From the NCBI GenBank assembly GCA_002269645.1, contig NIVC01000445.1:186001-250000 (forward strand): a stretch of DNA of 64,000 bases, read 5' to 3'. The first letter of the stretch is position 1; every line of letters starts with the position of its first letter. Made by a program: the position numbers and the translations under genes. Positions 11,456-24,885 of the stretch are shown piece after piece. Source of the DNA: Macrostomum lignano. Lineage: Eukaryota. The notes under the pieces were generated by a model, which was given only the letters and a program-made list of their open reading frames with translations, was not told the DNA's origin and did no database searches.

Positions 11456-12294
11456 TTTTGCTGTGCCCTGCCTTATTCTAAACACTACTTTCACAAACAG
11501 GAGAGTTCGAAAGAAAGTTTCAGTGGATAAAATGTCTCTCATTAGAAATTCTTTCATCCCATTCGATAAGGCAAATAACTAAAGAAATGCCAAAGCTACG
11601 AGTTCTTAGAAAGCCCTACAGTTTCACCACAGCCCTACTCAAGTGAGCAACTTTGCCTAGTAGCTCATAGCTACACAGCTTTCAGACGGCAGACAGCAAG
11701 CTTCATGCTGTGTAACTGTCTTCGGTAGACTTGGTTCAGACCCGGCGGCACCTGCAGCCGCCAGGAGCCGCCGCCAGCCATCGGGAGTCGCCGTCTGCGG
11801 AGGGGGCGCCAGGGCCGCCCACCGCCGCGACTGGCGGGGCAGCCTTTTGTAGCTTTTTTTGTTCGAAAAATGGAATACAATTGAAGGCAGGCCCAGACCG
11901 GTGCCACTTGGCTCTGCCCCTCTCCAGAGCCACTCGACAATTTGTGCTGCAGTTGACAAAGCAGACCGAAGCCCTCCCCTGCGTGTCCACCTGTTCTGGC
12001 GCCTGCGGCGACCGCCACCCCCACCGACTGCGCTGTGTCTTGAAGTGTTGCATTGTGTGCGTGTAGCTGCATTCTTGTTTAACAGGGACTTGGCAATGAA
12101 TGGTGCAATCATGATGAGCAAAAAAGCCAGTTCATGGCGTCAGGCAGCTCATCGGCGGCGACGGCGGTGGCGGCAGCGACTGCCTCATGCCTCTGACCGC
12201 CACACACCTACCCCCTAATGTCTGGCTAAGGACATCTTATGTAGGAGAAATCTGGACTGTAGTTTTAAGCTCTTAGGTCTCTTTCTTGACAACT

Positions 12295-12580
12295 TAGCGT
12301 TGTGGGACTGTAAATTCTGGTGATTTGAAGTCTGCGTTTGTGAAGTTTGAGGATTGTGAAGTTTATGGTTGCTAAGTTGGGGTCGTGAGGTTTGGGGATT
12401 GTGAAGGTTAAGGTTGTTAAGTTTTGGGGTTGTGAAGTTTGTGGTTGTGAAGTTTGGGGTCGTGACCGTGAGGTTTGGGGATTGTGAAGATTGGGGTTGT
12501 AAAGTTTGGGGACTGTGAAGTTTGTGTTTGTTAAGTTTGGAGTTGTGAGGTTTAGGGATTGAGAAGTTTAAGGCTGACAA
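12295..12580. repeat. Degenerate G/T-rich tandem repeat (gttgtgaagtttgggg-like)
   Basis: Repeated tgtgaag(g/t)tt motifs. Confidence 0.7.
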
Positions 12581-13002
12581 AGTGAAGGATTTTTGCCTAC
12601 GCGTTGCACGATTTCTCGAAGAAGTCGTTGACTCGAGTCCAAATAACCAGCGTAAGAGCGTAAAATTAAAGCGAAAAACATTGACCGAAATGATTCATAA
12701 TTTACCTTAGTCAAGTTACTCAAAAGAACCAATGTAAATACAAAACAGTGAAACTTTAGTTAGCAGACAATTCTGCAAATTCTTTCTTAACAGATGCATA
12801 TTAAAAATTGCTTGGGCCAAGCGTTTGCGTGCCAGACTGCAATTATAAATGGACATTGGTGGGCTGCCTGTTTAGGCGCATAACTCCAACTAGATAAACT
12901 CTTTAATACGAGCTAAGTGAGGGGCGTATATCTGAGCTGGGACATGAGCATTCGCACACTGAAGTAACTATGATGTAATTGAGATTGACAGGTAGATAAG
13001 GC

Positions 13003-13240
<238 letters not shown>

Positions 13241-13255
13241 TGAATTGCTGCTCAC

Positions 13256-13487
13256 TGTATTGCTGCTGATGATAGACCCCTGCTGCCAGGTGCTGATGGT
13301 ATGATGTCGCTGTGGCTGCTGGATAGCCGTGTTGATGCTGCTGGTGCTGCTGGGCCTGCAGATGCTGCTGCTGAAGATGCTGCAGGTGGTAGGGATGATG
13401 ATGCGGGTACTGCTGCAGGCGCGTGTGGTGATGCTGATAATAGCCACCGCAGTGATCCGAGGCTATTGGCCGGACATCCGGGATCAT
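13256..13487 (-). CDS. gata1/2/3: Probable first coding exon of GATA (His/Gln/Tyr-rich, MIPDVRP...YHQQQY)
   Basis: Acceptor tttcag| at 13500, ATG at 13487, donor TACA|gtgagc at 13256 (phase 1) fits the acceptor at 10961; composition resembles the last exon. Gives a ~456-aa protein. Confidence 0.6.
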
Positions 13488-13643
13488 GGCCGCTTTTGCT
13501 CTGAAATTTATTGTAAATATTGAAACTAATTTTTTAAGTGGGCCATTTTCCAGGGTGCGCTATAAAGTGACCAAGAGTTTCACGGAGTGACATCACCAAT
13601 TCTGACAGGGTGATGAAGGTGATGAAGGAGGGTGACTCCACAT

Positions 13644-13950
13644 GGAGTTCCAGGTGTGACATGCACCGATGCTGACAGGGTGCCACAGGGAGTTCCAGGT
13701 GTGAGATGCACCGATGCTGACAGGGTGCCTCAGGGAGTTCCAGGTGTGACATGCACCGATGCTGACAGGGTGCCACAGGGAGTTCCAGGTGTGACATGCA
13801 CCGATGCTGACAGGGTGCCTCAGGGAGTTCCAGGTGTGACATGCACCGATGCTGACAGGGTGCCTCAGGGAGTTCCAGGTGTGAGCTGCACCGATGCTGA
13901 CAGGGTGCCTCAGGGAGTTCCAGGTGTGAGCTGCACCGATGCTGACAGGG
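13644..13950. repeat. 45-bp minisatellite, ~7 copies
   Basis: Unit ggagttccaggtgtgacatgcaccgatgctgacagggtgcc(a/t)cag. Confidence 0.95.
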
Positions 13951-13961
13951 TTTTTACTCAC

Positions 13962-14045
13962 AGCTTTTTTTACTCCGGGCTTTCCAGTCTTCAGTAGCGC
14001 TTTCCCTTCACTTTCTGTAACAAAATTAGAGTTCCCACTTGGCAT
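13962..14045 (-). other. Putative upstream GATA exon (5' UTR or alternative coding start MPSGNSNF...VKKA)
   Basis: Strong donor GCT|gtgagt at 13962/13961; lies ~85-130 bp downstream of two CCAAT boxes. Confidence 0.4.
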
Positions 14046-14125
14046 CTGAAGCTATTTAACTTATAACGATCTCACAGCACAGGTAACCGACCCAGTCTAC
14101 TGAGTCCCCCCAGCCCAGCAACCAA

Positions 14126-14175
14126 CCTGATTGGCTGCCGCTGCGGGCCGCCTCTGCAATCTGCAATTGGCTGCT
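14126..14175 (-). promoter_or_regulatory. Two CCAAT (NF-Y-type) boxes, candidate GATA promoter
   Basis: Minus strand GCAGCCAATCAGG (ATTGG at 14130-14134) and CAGCCAATTG (14166-14170). Confidence 0.4.
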
Positions 14176-14344
14176 TGCCAAATAAACTTGTAGGCATCTT
14201 TCTTTCTCGATGGAATGTGTCAAACATCTTGTAATTTATTGATTAGGATTTTGCTAAATACAAGCTCTTCAGTTTCTGTGTTGTGATTTCCTGAATTAAT
14301 TTTCTAAACTGTAACGCAATATGTTTTACACGGCAGTTTCCTGG

Positions 14345-15105
14345 AACTCACGTTGAACTGTCATTGAACTGTCATTGAACTGTCATTGAACTGTCATGGA
14401 ACTGTCATTGAACTGTCATGGAACTGTCATTGAACTGTCATTGAGCTGTCATTGAACTGTCATTGAACTGTCATAACTGTCATTGAACTGTCATTGAGCT
14501 GTCATTGAGCTGTCATTGAACTGCCATTGAACTGTCATTGAACTGTCATGGAACTGTCATGGGACTGTCATGGAACTGTCATTTAACTGTCATTGAACTG
14601 TCATTAGCTGTCATGGAACTGTCATTGAACTGTCATTGAACTGTCATTGAACTGTCATGGAACTGTCATTGAACTGTCATTGAACTGTCATTGAACTGTC
14701 ATGGAACTGTCATTGAACTGTCATGGAACTGTCATAACTGTCATTGAACTGTCATAACTGTCTTTGAACTGTCATAACTGTTATTGAACTGTCATAACTG
14801 TCTTTGAACTGTCATAACTGTCATTGAACTGTCATAACTGTCATTGAACTGTCATAACTGTCATTGAACTGTCAATGAACTGTCATTGAACTGTCAATGA
14901 ACTGTCATGGAACTGTCATTGAACTGTCATTGAACTGACATAACTGCCATTGAACTGTCATAACTGCCATGGAACTGTCATGGAACTGTCATTGAACTGT
15001 CATGGAACTGTCATTAAACTGTCATTAAACTGTCATGGAACTGTCATTGAACTGTCATTGAACTGTCATTGAACTGTCATGGAACTGTCGTTAAACTGTC
15101 ATTCT
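14345..15105. repeat. 11-bp satellite (GAACTGTCAT(T/G))n
   Basis: Direct reading. Confidence 0.95.
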
Positions 15106-15498
15106 AGAATATGACGATATGAAGGTTTGAATCAAAGCATTTAAAATAAATTCTTGTCTAAACACCACACAGATATAAGAGTTGTTAGTATACAGCAAAA
15201 GAAGAGCTCGTGGCTTGGGTTTTGGCGTCTTGTTACAGGTAAGATTCTTATCTAACTGCTTTAATGGGCCTTGACAACAGAAACTGCAGAGCAGTACAGA
15301 GGATATGCTTTAGACTGAATGCTATATAAATTTCTGTCTTGCTACCGTGCCTCATCTCTGTGATATATATTAATAACTCAATGACTGCTCACCCTGTCCG
15401 ATGGGCAGCTCTGATAAGCAGGGCTTAATATGCCTGACTGACTCCAATGGGTTGTCTGTGCAAGTGCCGCCTGCAGTGAATCTGATTCCTTCACTTCG

Positions 15499-17782
15499 TG
15501 CATCATCCAAGGCATAGGTCATGCATTATCCAAGGCATAGGTCAAGCATCATCCAAGGCATAGGTCATGCATCATCCAAGGCATAGGTCATGCATTATCC
15601 AAGGCATAGGTCAAGCATCATCCAAGGCATAGGTCATGCATCATTCAAGGCATAGGTCATGCATCATTCATGGTATAGGTCATGCATCATCCAAGGTATA
15701 GGTCATGCATCATTCATGGCATAGGTCATGCATCATCCAAGGCATAGGTCATGCATCATCCAAGGCATAGGTCATGCATCATCCAAGGCATAGGTCATGC
15801 ATCATCCAAGGCATAGGTCATGCATCATCCAAGGCATAGGTCATGCATTATCCAAGGCATAGGTCAAGCATCATCCAAGGCATAGGTCATGCATCATCCA
15901 AGGCATAGGTCATGCATTATCCAAGGCATAGGTCAAGCATCATCCAAGGCATAGGTCATGCATCATTCAAGGCATAGGTCATGCATCATTCATGGTATAG
16001 GTCATGCATCATCCAAGGTATAGGTCATGCATCATCCAAGGCATAGGTCATGCATTATCCAAGGCATAGGTCATGCATCATCCAAGGCATAGGTCATGCA
16101 TCATCCAAGGCATAGGTCATGCATTATCCAAGGCATAGGTCAAGCATCATCCAAGGCATAGGTCATGCATCATTCAAGGCATAGGTCATGCATTATCCAA
16201 GGCATAGGTCATGCATTATCCAAGGCATAGGTCAAGCATCATCCAAGGCATAGGTCATGCATCATTCAAGGCATAGGTCATGCATCATTCATGGTATAGG
16301 TCATGCATCATCCAAGGTATAGGTCATGCATCATTCATGGCATAGGTCATGCATCATCCAAGGCATAGGTCATGCATCATCCAAGGCATAGGTCATGCAT
16401 CATTCATGGCATAGGTCATGCATCATCCAAGGCATAGGTCATGCATCATCCAAGGCATAGGTCATGCATCATCCAAGGCATAGGTCATGCATCATCCAAG
16501 GCATAGGTCATGCATTATCCAAGGCATAGGTCAAGCATCATCCAAGGCATAGGTCATGCATCATCCAAGGCATAGGTCATGCATTATCCAAGGCATAGGT
16601 CAAGCATCATCCAAGGCATAGGTCATGCATCATTCAAGGCATAGGTCATGCATCATTCATGGTATAGGTCATGCATCATCCAAGGTATAGGTCATGCATC
16701 ATTCATGGCATAGGTCATGCATCATCCAAGGCATAGGTCATGCATCATCCAAGGCATAGGTCATGCATCATCCAAGGCATAGGTCATGCATTATCCAAGG
16801 CATAGGTCAAGCATCATCCAAGGCATAGGTCATGCATCATTCAAGGCATAGGTCATGCATCATTCATGGTATAGGTCATGCATCATCCAAGGTATAGGTC
16901 ATGCATCATTCATGGCATAGGTCATGCATCATCCAAGGCATAGGTCATGCATCATTCATGGTATAGGTCATGCATCATCCAAGGCATAGGTCATGCATCA
17001 TTCATGGCATAGGTCATGCATCATTCATGGCATAGGTCATGCATCATTCATGGCATAGGTCATGCATCATCCAAGGCATAGGTCATGCATCATCCAAGGC
17101 ATAGGTCATGCATTATCCAAGGCATAGGTCAAGCATCATCCAAGGCATAGGTCATGCATCATTCAAGGCATAGGTCATGCATCATTCATGGTATAGGTCA
17201 TGCATCATCCAAGGTATAGGTCATGCATCATTCATGGCATAGGTCATGCATCATCCAAGGCATAGGTCATGCATCATTCATGGTATAGGTCATGCATCAT
17301 CCAAGGCATAGGTCATGCATCATTCATGGCATAGGTCATGCATCATCCAAGGCATAGGTCATGCATCATTCATGGTATAGGTCATGCATCATCCAAGGCA
17401 TAGGTCATGCATTATCCAAGGCCTAGGTCATGCATCATTCATGGCAGAGGTAATGCATCATTCATGGCATAGGTCATGCATCATTCATGGCATAGGTCAT
17501 GCATCATTCGTGGTATAGGTCATGCATCATTCATGGCATAAGTCATGCATCATCCAAGGCATAGGTCATTCATCATTCATGGTATAGGTCATGCATCATC
17601 CAAGGCATAGGTCATGCATCATTCGTGGTATAGGTCATGCATCATCCAAGGCATAGGTCATGCATCATTCGTGGTATAGGTCATGCATCATCCAAGGCAT
17701 AGGTCATGCATCATTCATGGTATAGGTCATGCATCATTCGTGGTATAGGTCATGCATCATTCATGGCATGGGTCATGCATCA
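15499..17782. repeat. 23-bp satellite (CATCATCCAAGGCATAGGTCATG)n, ~100 copies
   Basis: Direct reading; recurrent variant monomers. Confidence 0.97.
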
Positions 17783-18721
17783 TTTAAGTTCTAAGATCTA
17801 TCTATCCTCAAATGTAGCTCATAAATCAATATCATATTATAAAGTAGGTCATAGCTTCAAAGTTGGGTTCCATTTCCGGTCATATTTTCCAAAATCAGTC
17901 ATGAGCCCAATGCAGTAGTTCATACACCTATTCCGCAAACGTTAAGCGGCTGTAGAGTGGGGTCAGAACCAAGCAAACCCAGAAGCAGTTGCAGTTGCAT
18001 TTTAACTAAGAAAATCGCGTAAATTTCAAAGCAGAAGGTAAATGACTTGACGACATTTACAATTACCATTGAGTGGCACATATTAAATAGCTTAGCAGAT
18101 TGCTTCTCTCGTTGTTTAGGGAAGCTAGTTTTACAGCAATTATCTTCTGCTTTTGCAGCTCTTTTTCTTCTTCTTTTTTTGGTAAGAGAAGCCTTACAAA
18201 ACTAATTGACACGGGCGGGAAAAGGTCAACTGCCCTCTGCGCCCCGCAGTTTAGCGGCTTCTTTCGCAGCCCTCCCAAGGGGGGATCCTGCGTGAAGCTT
18301 CTGCTAGAGAGGGAGAGAGAGAGCGAGGTCCGCGCGCTGAGCTCGAATATTGGTGTTGTCAAGCGGTTTCCATGGTCGAAAAAGGAAGAAATGGAACTAT
18401 TTAGTCATCACCAAGGGTTAAATGTAGACATGTCCCGCCAGCCTATTTGTCAAAGCGAATTACTCGTCTTGGCTGCTGACGGAGTCGCGCCAGATGCCTC
18501 AGTCCTGTGCCTACCGGTAACTGTTCAAGTGAGGCAGGGAGTGATGAAAGGCTGAAAAAGTGTGCAAAGGTAAGACATGCGACGCATAGGGCAGCTGTGG
18601 GAGCCGGTCGCCGATCTTAATTGTTTTTCGCATTGGAGAGCTCTTCAGGTTTAATGTGTGCATTCGCCTGATTTTTTGTATATCATCATGTTCTTTGAGT
18701 AATAGAGGGCCAGGGTATCAA

Positions 18722-19015
18722 ATTGGACTGCCAGAATATTAACTGGAGTGCCAGAATATTTACTGGAGTGTCAGAATATTAACTGGAGTGTCAGAATAAA
18801 TTGGCGTTCCAGAATATTAACTGGGGTGCCAGAATATTAACTGGGGTGCCAGAATATTAACTGGAGTGCCAGAATATTAACTGGAGGGCCAGAATATTAA
18901 CTGGAGTGCCAGAATATTAACTGGAGGGCCAGAATATTAACTGGAGTGCCGGAATATTAACTGGAGTGCCAGAATATTAACTGGAGTGTCAGAATTTTAA
19001 CTGGGGTGCCAGAAT
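18722..19015. repeat. 20-bp minisatellite (GGAGTGCCAGAATATTAACT)n
   Basis: Period 20, e.g. 18841-18990. Confidence 0.92.
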
Positions 19016-19039
19016 ACCCGACCGAAATGCCAATACTAA

Positions 19040-19350
19040 GAGTGTCAAATTGGAGTGACATAATATCCAACCGGATTGACTGAATATCAAATTAGAGTGA
19101 CTGAACCTCAAATTGGAGTGACTGAACATCAGACCGGAGTGGCTGAATATCAGACCGGAGTAACTAAATATCAGACCGGAGTAACTAAATATCAGACCGG
19201 AGTAACTGAATATAAGACCGGAGCGACTGAATATCAGACCGGAGTGACTGAATATCAGACCGAAGTGACTGAATATCAGACCGAAGTGACTGAATATCAG
19301 ACCGGAGTGACTGAATTTCAAATTGGAGTACCAGAACGGAGTGACAGAGT
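19040..19350. repeat. 21-bp minisatellite (GGAGTGACTGAATATCAGACC)n
   Basis: Period 21; related to the adjacent 20-mer. Confidence 0.9.
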
Positions 19351-20057
19351 ATCAAATAACACCAAAGGGTCCGTGAACTGTCTTCTATTCTGTATGCAAT
19401 TCTTACTTTCACGACTCTACACTAGTCTTCATACACTCCCATTAAAAGTTGATTAGCATAGTGTTAGCATTGGCTAACACACTTTCTGCACTACTGTTAT
19501 CAGTAGTTTCAGTAGTTTGTATAGCGTTTGGCAATAATTTTTTTTCTAGACAATTCTGATGATTAGTTTTGATCGCATTTTTTTTGCAGAAAAAACAAAA
19601 TGTAATCCGAAGCGCCTCAAAGAATTTTTTATAAAAAATTTCGCCAGCGCCAATAAAAAAAAGTGATTCGACTTTTGAAGAGGGCTGTCGACTTGCTCCG
19701 GCATTTCTCTGACCTGTCGCCTCGCTTTCTAGTAAAACATCTCCAATTTCTCATGGATTTCCCGCGTCCTTCCTTTTCGTGACGCGCCCTCCTTCCTCAC
19801 TTCCCACTTCCCCTCTCGACTCGTCACTTTTCGTGTCAGGCCTTTGAGCTTTTGATGGTGTTTGCTGGGTAGGGTTTCAGTTTGATAAATCCTTGGACTT
19901 GGCTGCCTCCGCAGAGCTGGCATGAAATATGATTCAGCATTCGTGGCTGCGTTCGTATCGACTGGCATGCCTGCATGCTGCTTAGAGATTATAAGCTGCT
20001 GAAAATTGTTTGCAATGATCTGAATACAGCTGCGAGTTGTGAATCTGATCGATTGAT

Positions 20058-20240
20058 TCGTCAATCAATCAATCAATCAATCTATCTATTTATCTATCAA
20101 CCAACCAATCAGCTGACCAATCAATCAACAATCAGTCAATCAATCAACCAACCAATCAATCAATCAATCAATCAGTCAATCAATCAACCAACCAACGAAT
20201 CAGCTGACCAATCAATCAATCAATCAGTCAATCAATCAAC

Positions 20241-20278
<38 letters not shown>

Positions 20279-20336
20279 GCCAATCAACCAACCAATCAGC
20301 TGACCAATCAATCAATCAATCAGTCAATCAATCAAC

Positions 20337-20370
<34 letters not shown>

Positions 20371-20428
20371 GCCAATCAACCAACGAATCAGCTGACCAAT
20401 CAATCAATCAATCAGTCAATCAATCAAC

Positions 20429-20466
<38 letters not shown>

Positions 20467-20581
20467 GCCAATCAACCAACCAATCAGCTGACCAATCAAT
20501 CAACAATCAGTCAATCAATCAATGAATCACCAACCAATCAATCAATCAATCAATCAATCACTAACCAACCAATCAATCAAT

Positions 20582-20615
<34 letters not shown>

Positions 20616-20725
20616 CCAATCAATCAATCAATCAATCAATCACCAACCAACCAATCGATCAATAATCAATCCCAGTCAGTCAATTAATCAATCAATCAAT
20701 CAACCAATCAATAAACCGGTCAATC
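20058..20725. repeat. (CAAT)n microsatellite with variant blocks
   Basis: Direct reading. Confidence 0.95.
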
Positions 20726-21764
20726 GATAGATTAAGATGAGTTCAATCAACAGATGAATTAATCAAATAATCGATCAAGCAACAGAATTAAATTGATTGA
20801 TAATCTATCCCATCTAACACAATGTATATTTATTTTCGCAGAGTTTGCACACAACAAAACGCAGTCACAAAACTGCGGGGCTGTACTTAGCGGCCGAAGC
20901 GAGGGAGGGAGTGGTGCAATTATTATAAATAGACGAGCTGGGTATGTTCATACAGATGGTTAGAATGCTGGCACTGCACGACAATGAACTTGCTATGTTT
21001 AGCATAAAAAATCAGACAATAAAAGTTCAAATACTCTGCGACCCACAAAGATATTTATATAAAAAAACATTTTTTACATTCGCAATACAATAAAAGAAAT
21101 CAGTCAACGTGTGTTTTAAATAGCAACCAAAATATCTGTGATTACAAGTTGATGCGGGACAAAAGAATCGCACAAAGTGAAGCGCACAAAATCAACACAC
21201 ATAAAATTCTCAAAAAGAGTTTTCTTATGTCTGACAATATCTAACAATAGTTATGGCTTGTACTTTTCTAGATAAATATAATCAATTTTACGAAACAAGG
21301 AACTCCTTTTTCTGACGAAACAGGGCACTGGGTATAAGTTAGATTTTCTAGTTTACCTAATAGGGGGTGTAGTAGCCTAGCGGTAATCTTGTCTAACTTT
21401 CGCGCATTAGTTTGGATTTTTTATGCTGAAGTTGGCCTGTGGGTTGTCGTGCGATTCACAGCCCATGAGGGCCAACCCCCCGGGCACAGAGAGTGTACAT
21501 GCCCGACGATTAGAAAGTCTGGATCGCTGTACACCCTGTGTGAGCGTGTGCGTGCTCAAGGTGTCGGCGCCGGCGGAATGGTCAATCGGCGACTGCCGCC
21601 TTGACTTCTGGCAGCGCCCAGCGTCCCCTGTGAATTTCTAATTATACTTATTTTAATCCAGATTTATTATCCAATTATACTCCAAAGAGTAGTAATGGTG
21701 TGTTATATATAGCTCGTATCGCAACTTTCTTAATCTTAGTCATCTATTGGTTCATCTGCACTTG

Positions 21765-22190
21765 TCTCTGTTTGCTCCGTTTTCTCTCCCTCTCTGTCCA
21801 GTTCAGTCTTGTTATTCTCATCTCTCTCCCTTGCTGCCTTCTGATTGGCTCTTCGATCTCGCCTGTTTACTTAGTCGCGCACTCCACCCCTTGTTTACTT
21901 ACTTGCACTCAACCACCCCCCCCCTATTCTAATGTCATATAATTACACCCATTTAGGCCCTGCACCCTACTTGCTGTTTGCTCTGTTTTCTCTCCCTCTC
22001 TGTCCAGTTCAGTCTTGTTATTCTTATCTCTCTCCCTCGCTGCTTTCTGATTGGCTCTTCAATCTCGCCTGTTTACTTAGTCGCGCACTCCACCCCTTGT
22101 TTACTTACTTGCACTCAACCACCCCCCCCCCTATTCTAATGTCTTATAATTACACCCATGTAGGCCCTGCGTCCTACTTGCTGTTTGCGT
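21765..22190. repeat. Tandem duplication, ~206-bp period, 2 copies
   Basis: tttctctccctctctgtccagttcagtcttg occurs at 21781 and 21987. Confidence 0.85.
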
Positions 22191-22397
22191 TTGTTTTTTT
22201 GTTTTCAACTCCAATTAAATAGTTTACTTAATTTTCTTTACTTGTTATATATAGTTAGACTTTAATTAGTGAACTCACGCAGATCAATCTAACCCCTCTT
22301 AATAAAGTACATTTCAACATTGAACATCAGACAGGTGACAAAATGGTCACTGTGTTCAAAAGTTCGCTTAGAATGCTGTTTAAAAGTCCCTGGCTTG

Positions 22398-22640
22398 TCA
22401 CTTGCCGTTAGGCATCGCAGCAGCAGCAGCAGCCTCAGCCGCTGTCGATTCCTTCTTGGACTTTTTGCCAGGACAGACAATGACAGCACAGCCGGCATTG
22501 TGTAGCAGGTGTTCACTGACGCTGCCAAGGAACGTTCGCCTGAGCTTGCCGAGGCCGCGGGAGCCAATGACAACGCATGAGATGCTGGACTCTTCCACGT
22601 AGCGAACTAGGGTGTCACCAGCCTTGCTGCCAACCAACTC
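22398..22640 (-). CDS. Universal stress protein (UspA-like), exon 2
   Basis: Acceptor cccag|GAG at 22640; VIGSRGLGKLRRTFLGSVSEHLLHNAGCAVIVCP contains the G-2X-G-9X-GS ATP-binding motif; stop TGA at 22400-22398. Confidence 0.92.
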   Translation of the reverse strand, partial: ELVGSKAGDTLVRYVEESSISCVVIGSRGLGKLRRTFLGSVSEHLLHNAGCAVIVCPGKKSKKESTAAEAAAAAAMPNGK

Positions 22641-22741
22641 CTGGGATGAGGAGATGAAGAGTGAAGGGATGTGGAAGCTTGTTGAGGTCATTTGGAGTTG
22701 GAGCTACTCAACTCGTAGCTGTCAGCTGTCAGAACCCGTAG

Positions 22742-23425
22742 CTGAGAGTGACAGAAGGGAAGGAGTCTCAGTTGAGAGGGAGAGTGACAGAAGGGAAGGA
22801 GTCTCAATTGAGAGGGAGAGTGACAGAAGGGAAGGAGTCTCAGTTGAGAGAGAGAGTGACAGAAGGGAAGGAGTCTCAATTGAGAGGGAGAGTGACAGAA
22901 GGGAAGGAGTCTCAATTTAGAGGGAGAGTGACAGAAGGGAAGGAGTCTCAATTTAGAGGGAGAGTGACAGAAGGGAAGGAGTCTCAGTTGAGAGAGAGAG
23001 TGACAGAAGGGAAGGAGTCTCAATTTAGAGGGAGAGTGACAGAAGGGAAGGAGTCTCAATTTAGAGGGAGAGTGACAGAAGGGAAGGAGTCTCAGTTGAG
23101 AGAGAGAGTGACAGAAGGGAATGAGTCTCAGTTGAGAGACAGTGACAGAAGGGAAGGAGTCTCAATTGAGAGGGAGAGTGACAGAAGGGAAGGAGTCTCA
23201 GTTGAGAGAGAGTGACAGAAGGGAAGGAGTCTCAGTTGAGAGAGAGTGACAGAAGGGAAGGAGTCTCAATTGAGAGGGAGAGTGACAGAATGGAAGGAGT
23301 CTCAATTGAGAGGGAGAGTGACAGAATGGAAGGAGTCTCAATTGAGAGGGAGAGTGACAGAAGGGAAGGAGTCTCAATTGAGAGGGAGAGTGACAGAATG
23401 GAAGGAGTCTTAGTTAAGAAGAGTG
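22742..23425. repeat. 36-bp purine-rich minisatellite in the USP intron
   Basis: Unit agagtgacagaagggaaggagtctca(a/g)ttgagaggg. Confidence 0.95.
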
Positions 23426-24054
23426 ACACCTGGGAGGTGTAGTTGTTGGTAAGTTAACAATAGGTTAACTTTTATAAAGCCATCGGAAAAGTGCACGGCA
23501 TTGGGTGCAACGCTAGCACTGCCGAGCACTCAACTTTTCTGTCATGATTTACAGCTTGAACTTTTAGTTCAAGCCTAGCCTAGCTGGGCGCTCTCAGCTC
23601 AGGATACCCTTACTCGAGTTCGAAGTCGGCTGCAAGAAAGATGGGAAAACTAATTATCCTACTGCTGCTGAATCCAGATTCTGCGTCACGGAATTCCCTA
23701 AGGCAATTCTAGCCACTTATTGCAGTTGCAGCTAGCGACAAGCAGAACCGAGAGTGATCAAGCACAATGAAGCATATCGATTTTTTTATTCCTAAGTGAA
23801 GAACTTCTTGAGCAAAATGTTCAAAAAGTTGGTAGCACAGAGTTATCGCATCGGTCTCTTGTTTAGCAGGACCCGGTTTTGATTCCGGCTGTTATTAGTT
23901 AGTTAGCTACCATGCTAATTTGTGGAGGCAGTCCTGGAGTCTGTCTTGCTCAACTAAAGCCTGCGATGAACAGCCCTCAAAGCATTTAAACATTTAACAA
24001 GCATGACGTCATGACTGCTGTGTATGGGCCTGCACCCAGGCTTACTCAGGAGAC

Positions 24055-24841
24055 GACTTCATCCATCCCCGTCTCCATCCCTCCCGTCTCCATCCCTCCC
24101 GTCTCCATCCCCGTCTCCATCCCTCCCCGTCTCCATCCCGTCTCCCTCCCTCCCGTCTCCATCCCTCCCGTCTCCATCCCTCCCGTCTCCATCCCCGTCT
24201 CCATCCCGTCTCCATCCCCGTCTCCATCCCGTCTCCATCTCTGTCTCCATCCCCGTCTCCATCCCTCCCGTCTCCATCCCTCCCGTCTCCATCCCTCTCG
24301 TCTCCATCCCCGTCTCCATCCCCGTCTCCATCCCTCCCGTCTCCATCCCTCCCGTCTCCATCCCCGTCTCCATCCCTCCCCGTCTCCTTGCCCGTCTCCA
24401 TCCCCGTCTCCATCTCTGTCTCCATCCCCGTCTCCATCTCTGTCTCCATCCCCGTCTCCATCCCCGTCTCCATCCCCGTCTCCTTGCCCGTCTCCATCCC
24501 CGTCTCCATCCCCGTCTCCATCCCCGTCTCCATCCCCGTCTCCATCCCCGTCTCCATCTCTGTCTCCATCCTCGTCTCCATCCCCGTCTCCATCCCCGTC
24601 TCCATCCCCGTCTCCATCCCTCCCGTCTCCATCCCCGTCTCCATCTCAGTCTCCATCCCTCCCCGTCTCCATCCCCGTCTCCATCCCCGTCTCCATCTCT
24701 GTCTCCATCCTCATCTCCTTGCCCGTCTCCATCCCCGTCTTCATCCCTCCCGTCTCCATCCCTCCCGTCTCCATCCCCGTCTCCATCTCTGTCTCCATCC
24801 CCGTCTCCATCCCCGTCTCCATCCCCGTCTCCATCCCCGTC
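24055..24841. repeat. 12-bp (CCCCGTCTCCAT)n array with 15-bp variants, left part
   Basis: Direct reading; interrupted by the RTE element. Confidence 0.95.
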
Positions 24842-24885
24842 TTCTTCTTCTCCGTTTATCGCCTTGCGGCGTGGAGTGAACAGCG

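Noticed and set aside
18063-18555. ORFs of 99 aa (-) and 151 aa (+)
   Set aside because: No recognisable domain or convincing splice signals; cannot be supported without a homology search.
19556-19600. Hammerhead core CTGATGA
   Set aside because: No stem II/GAAA arrangement or flanking helices could be formed.
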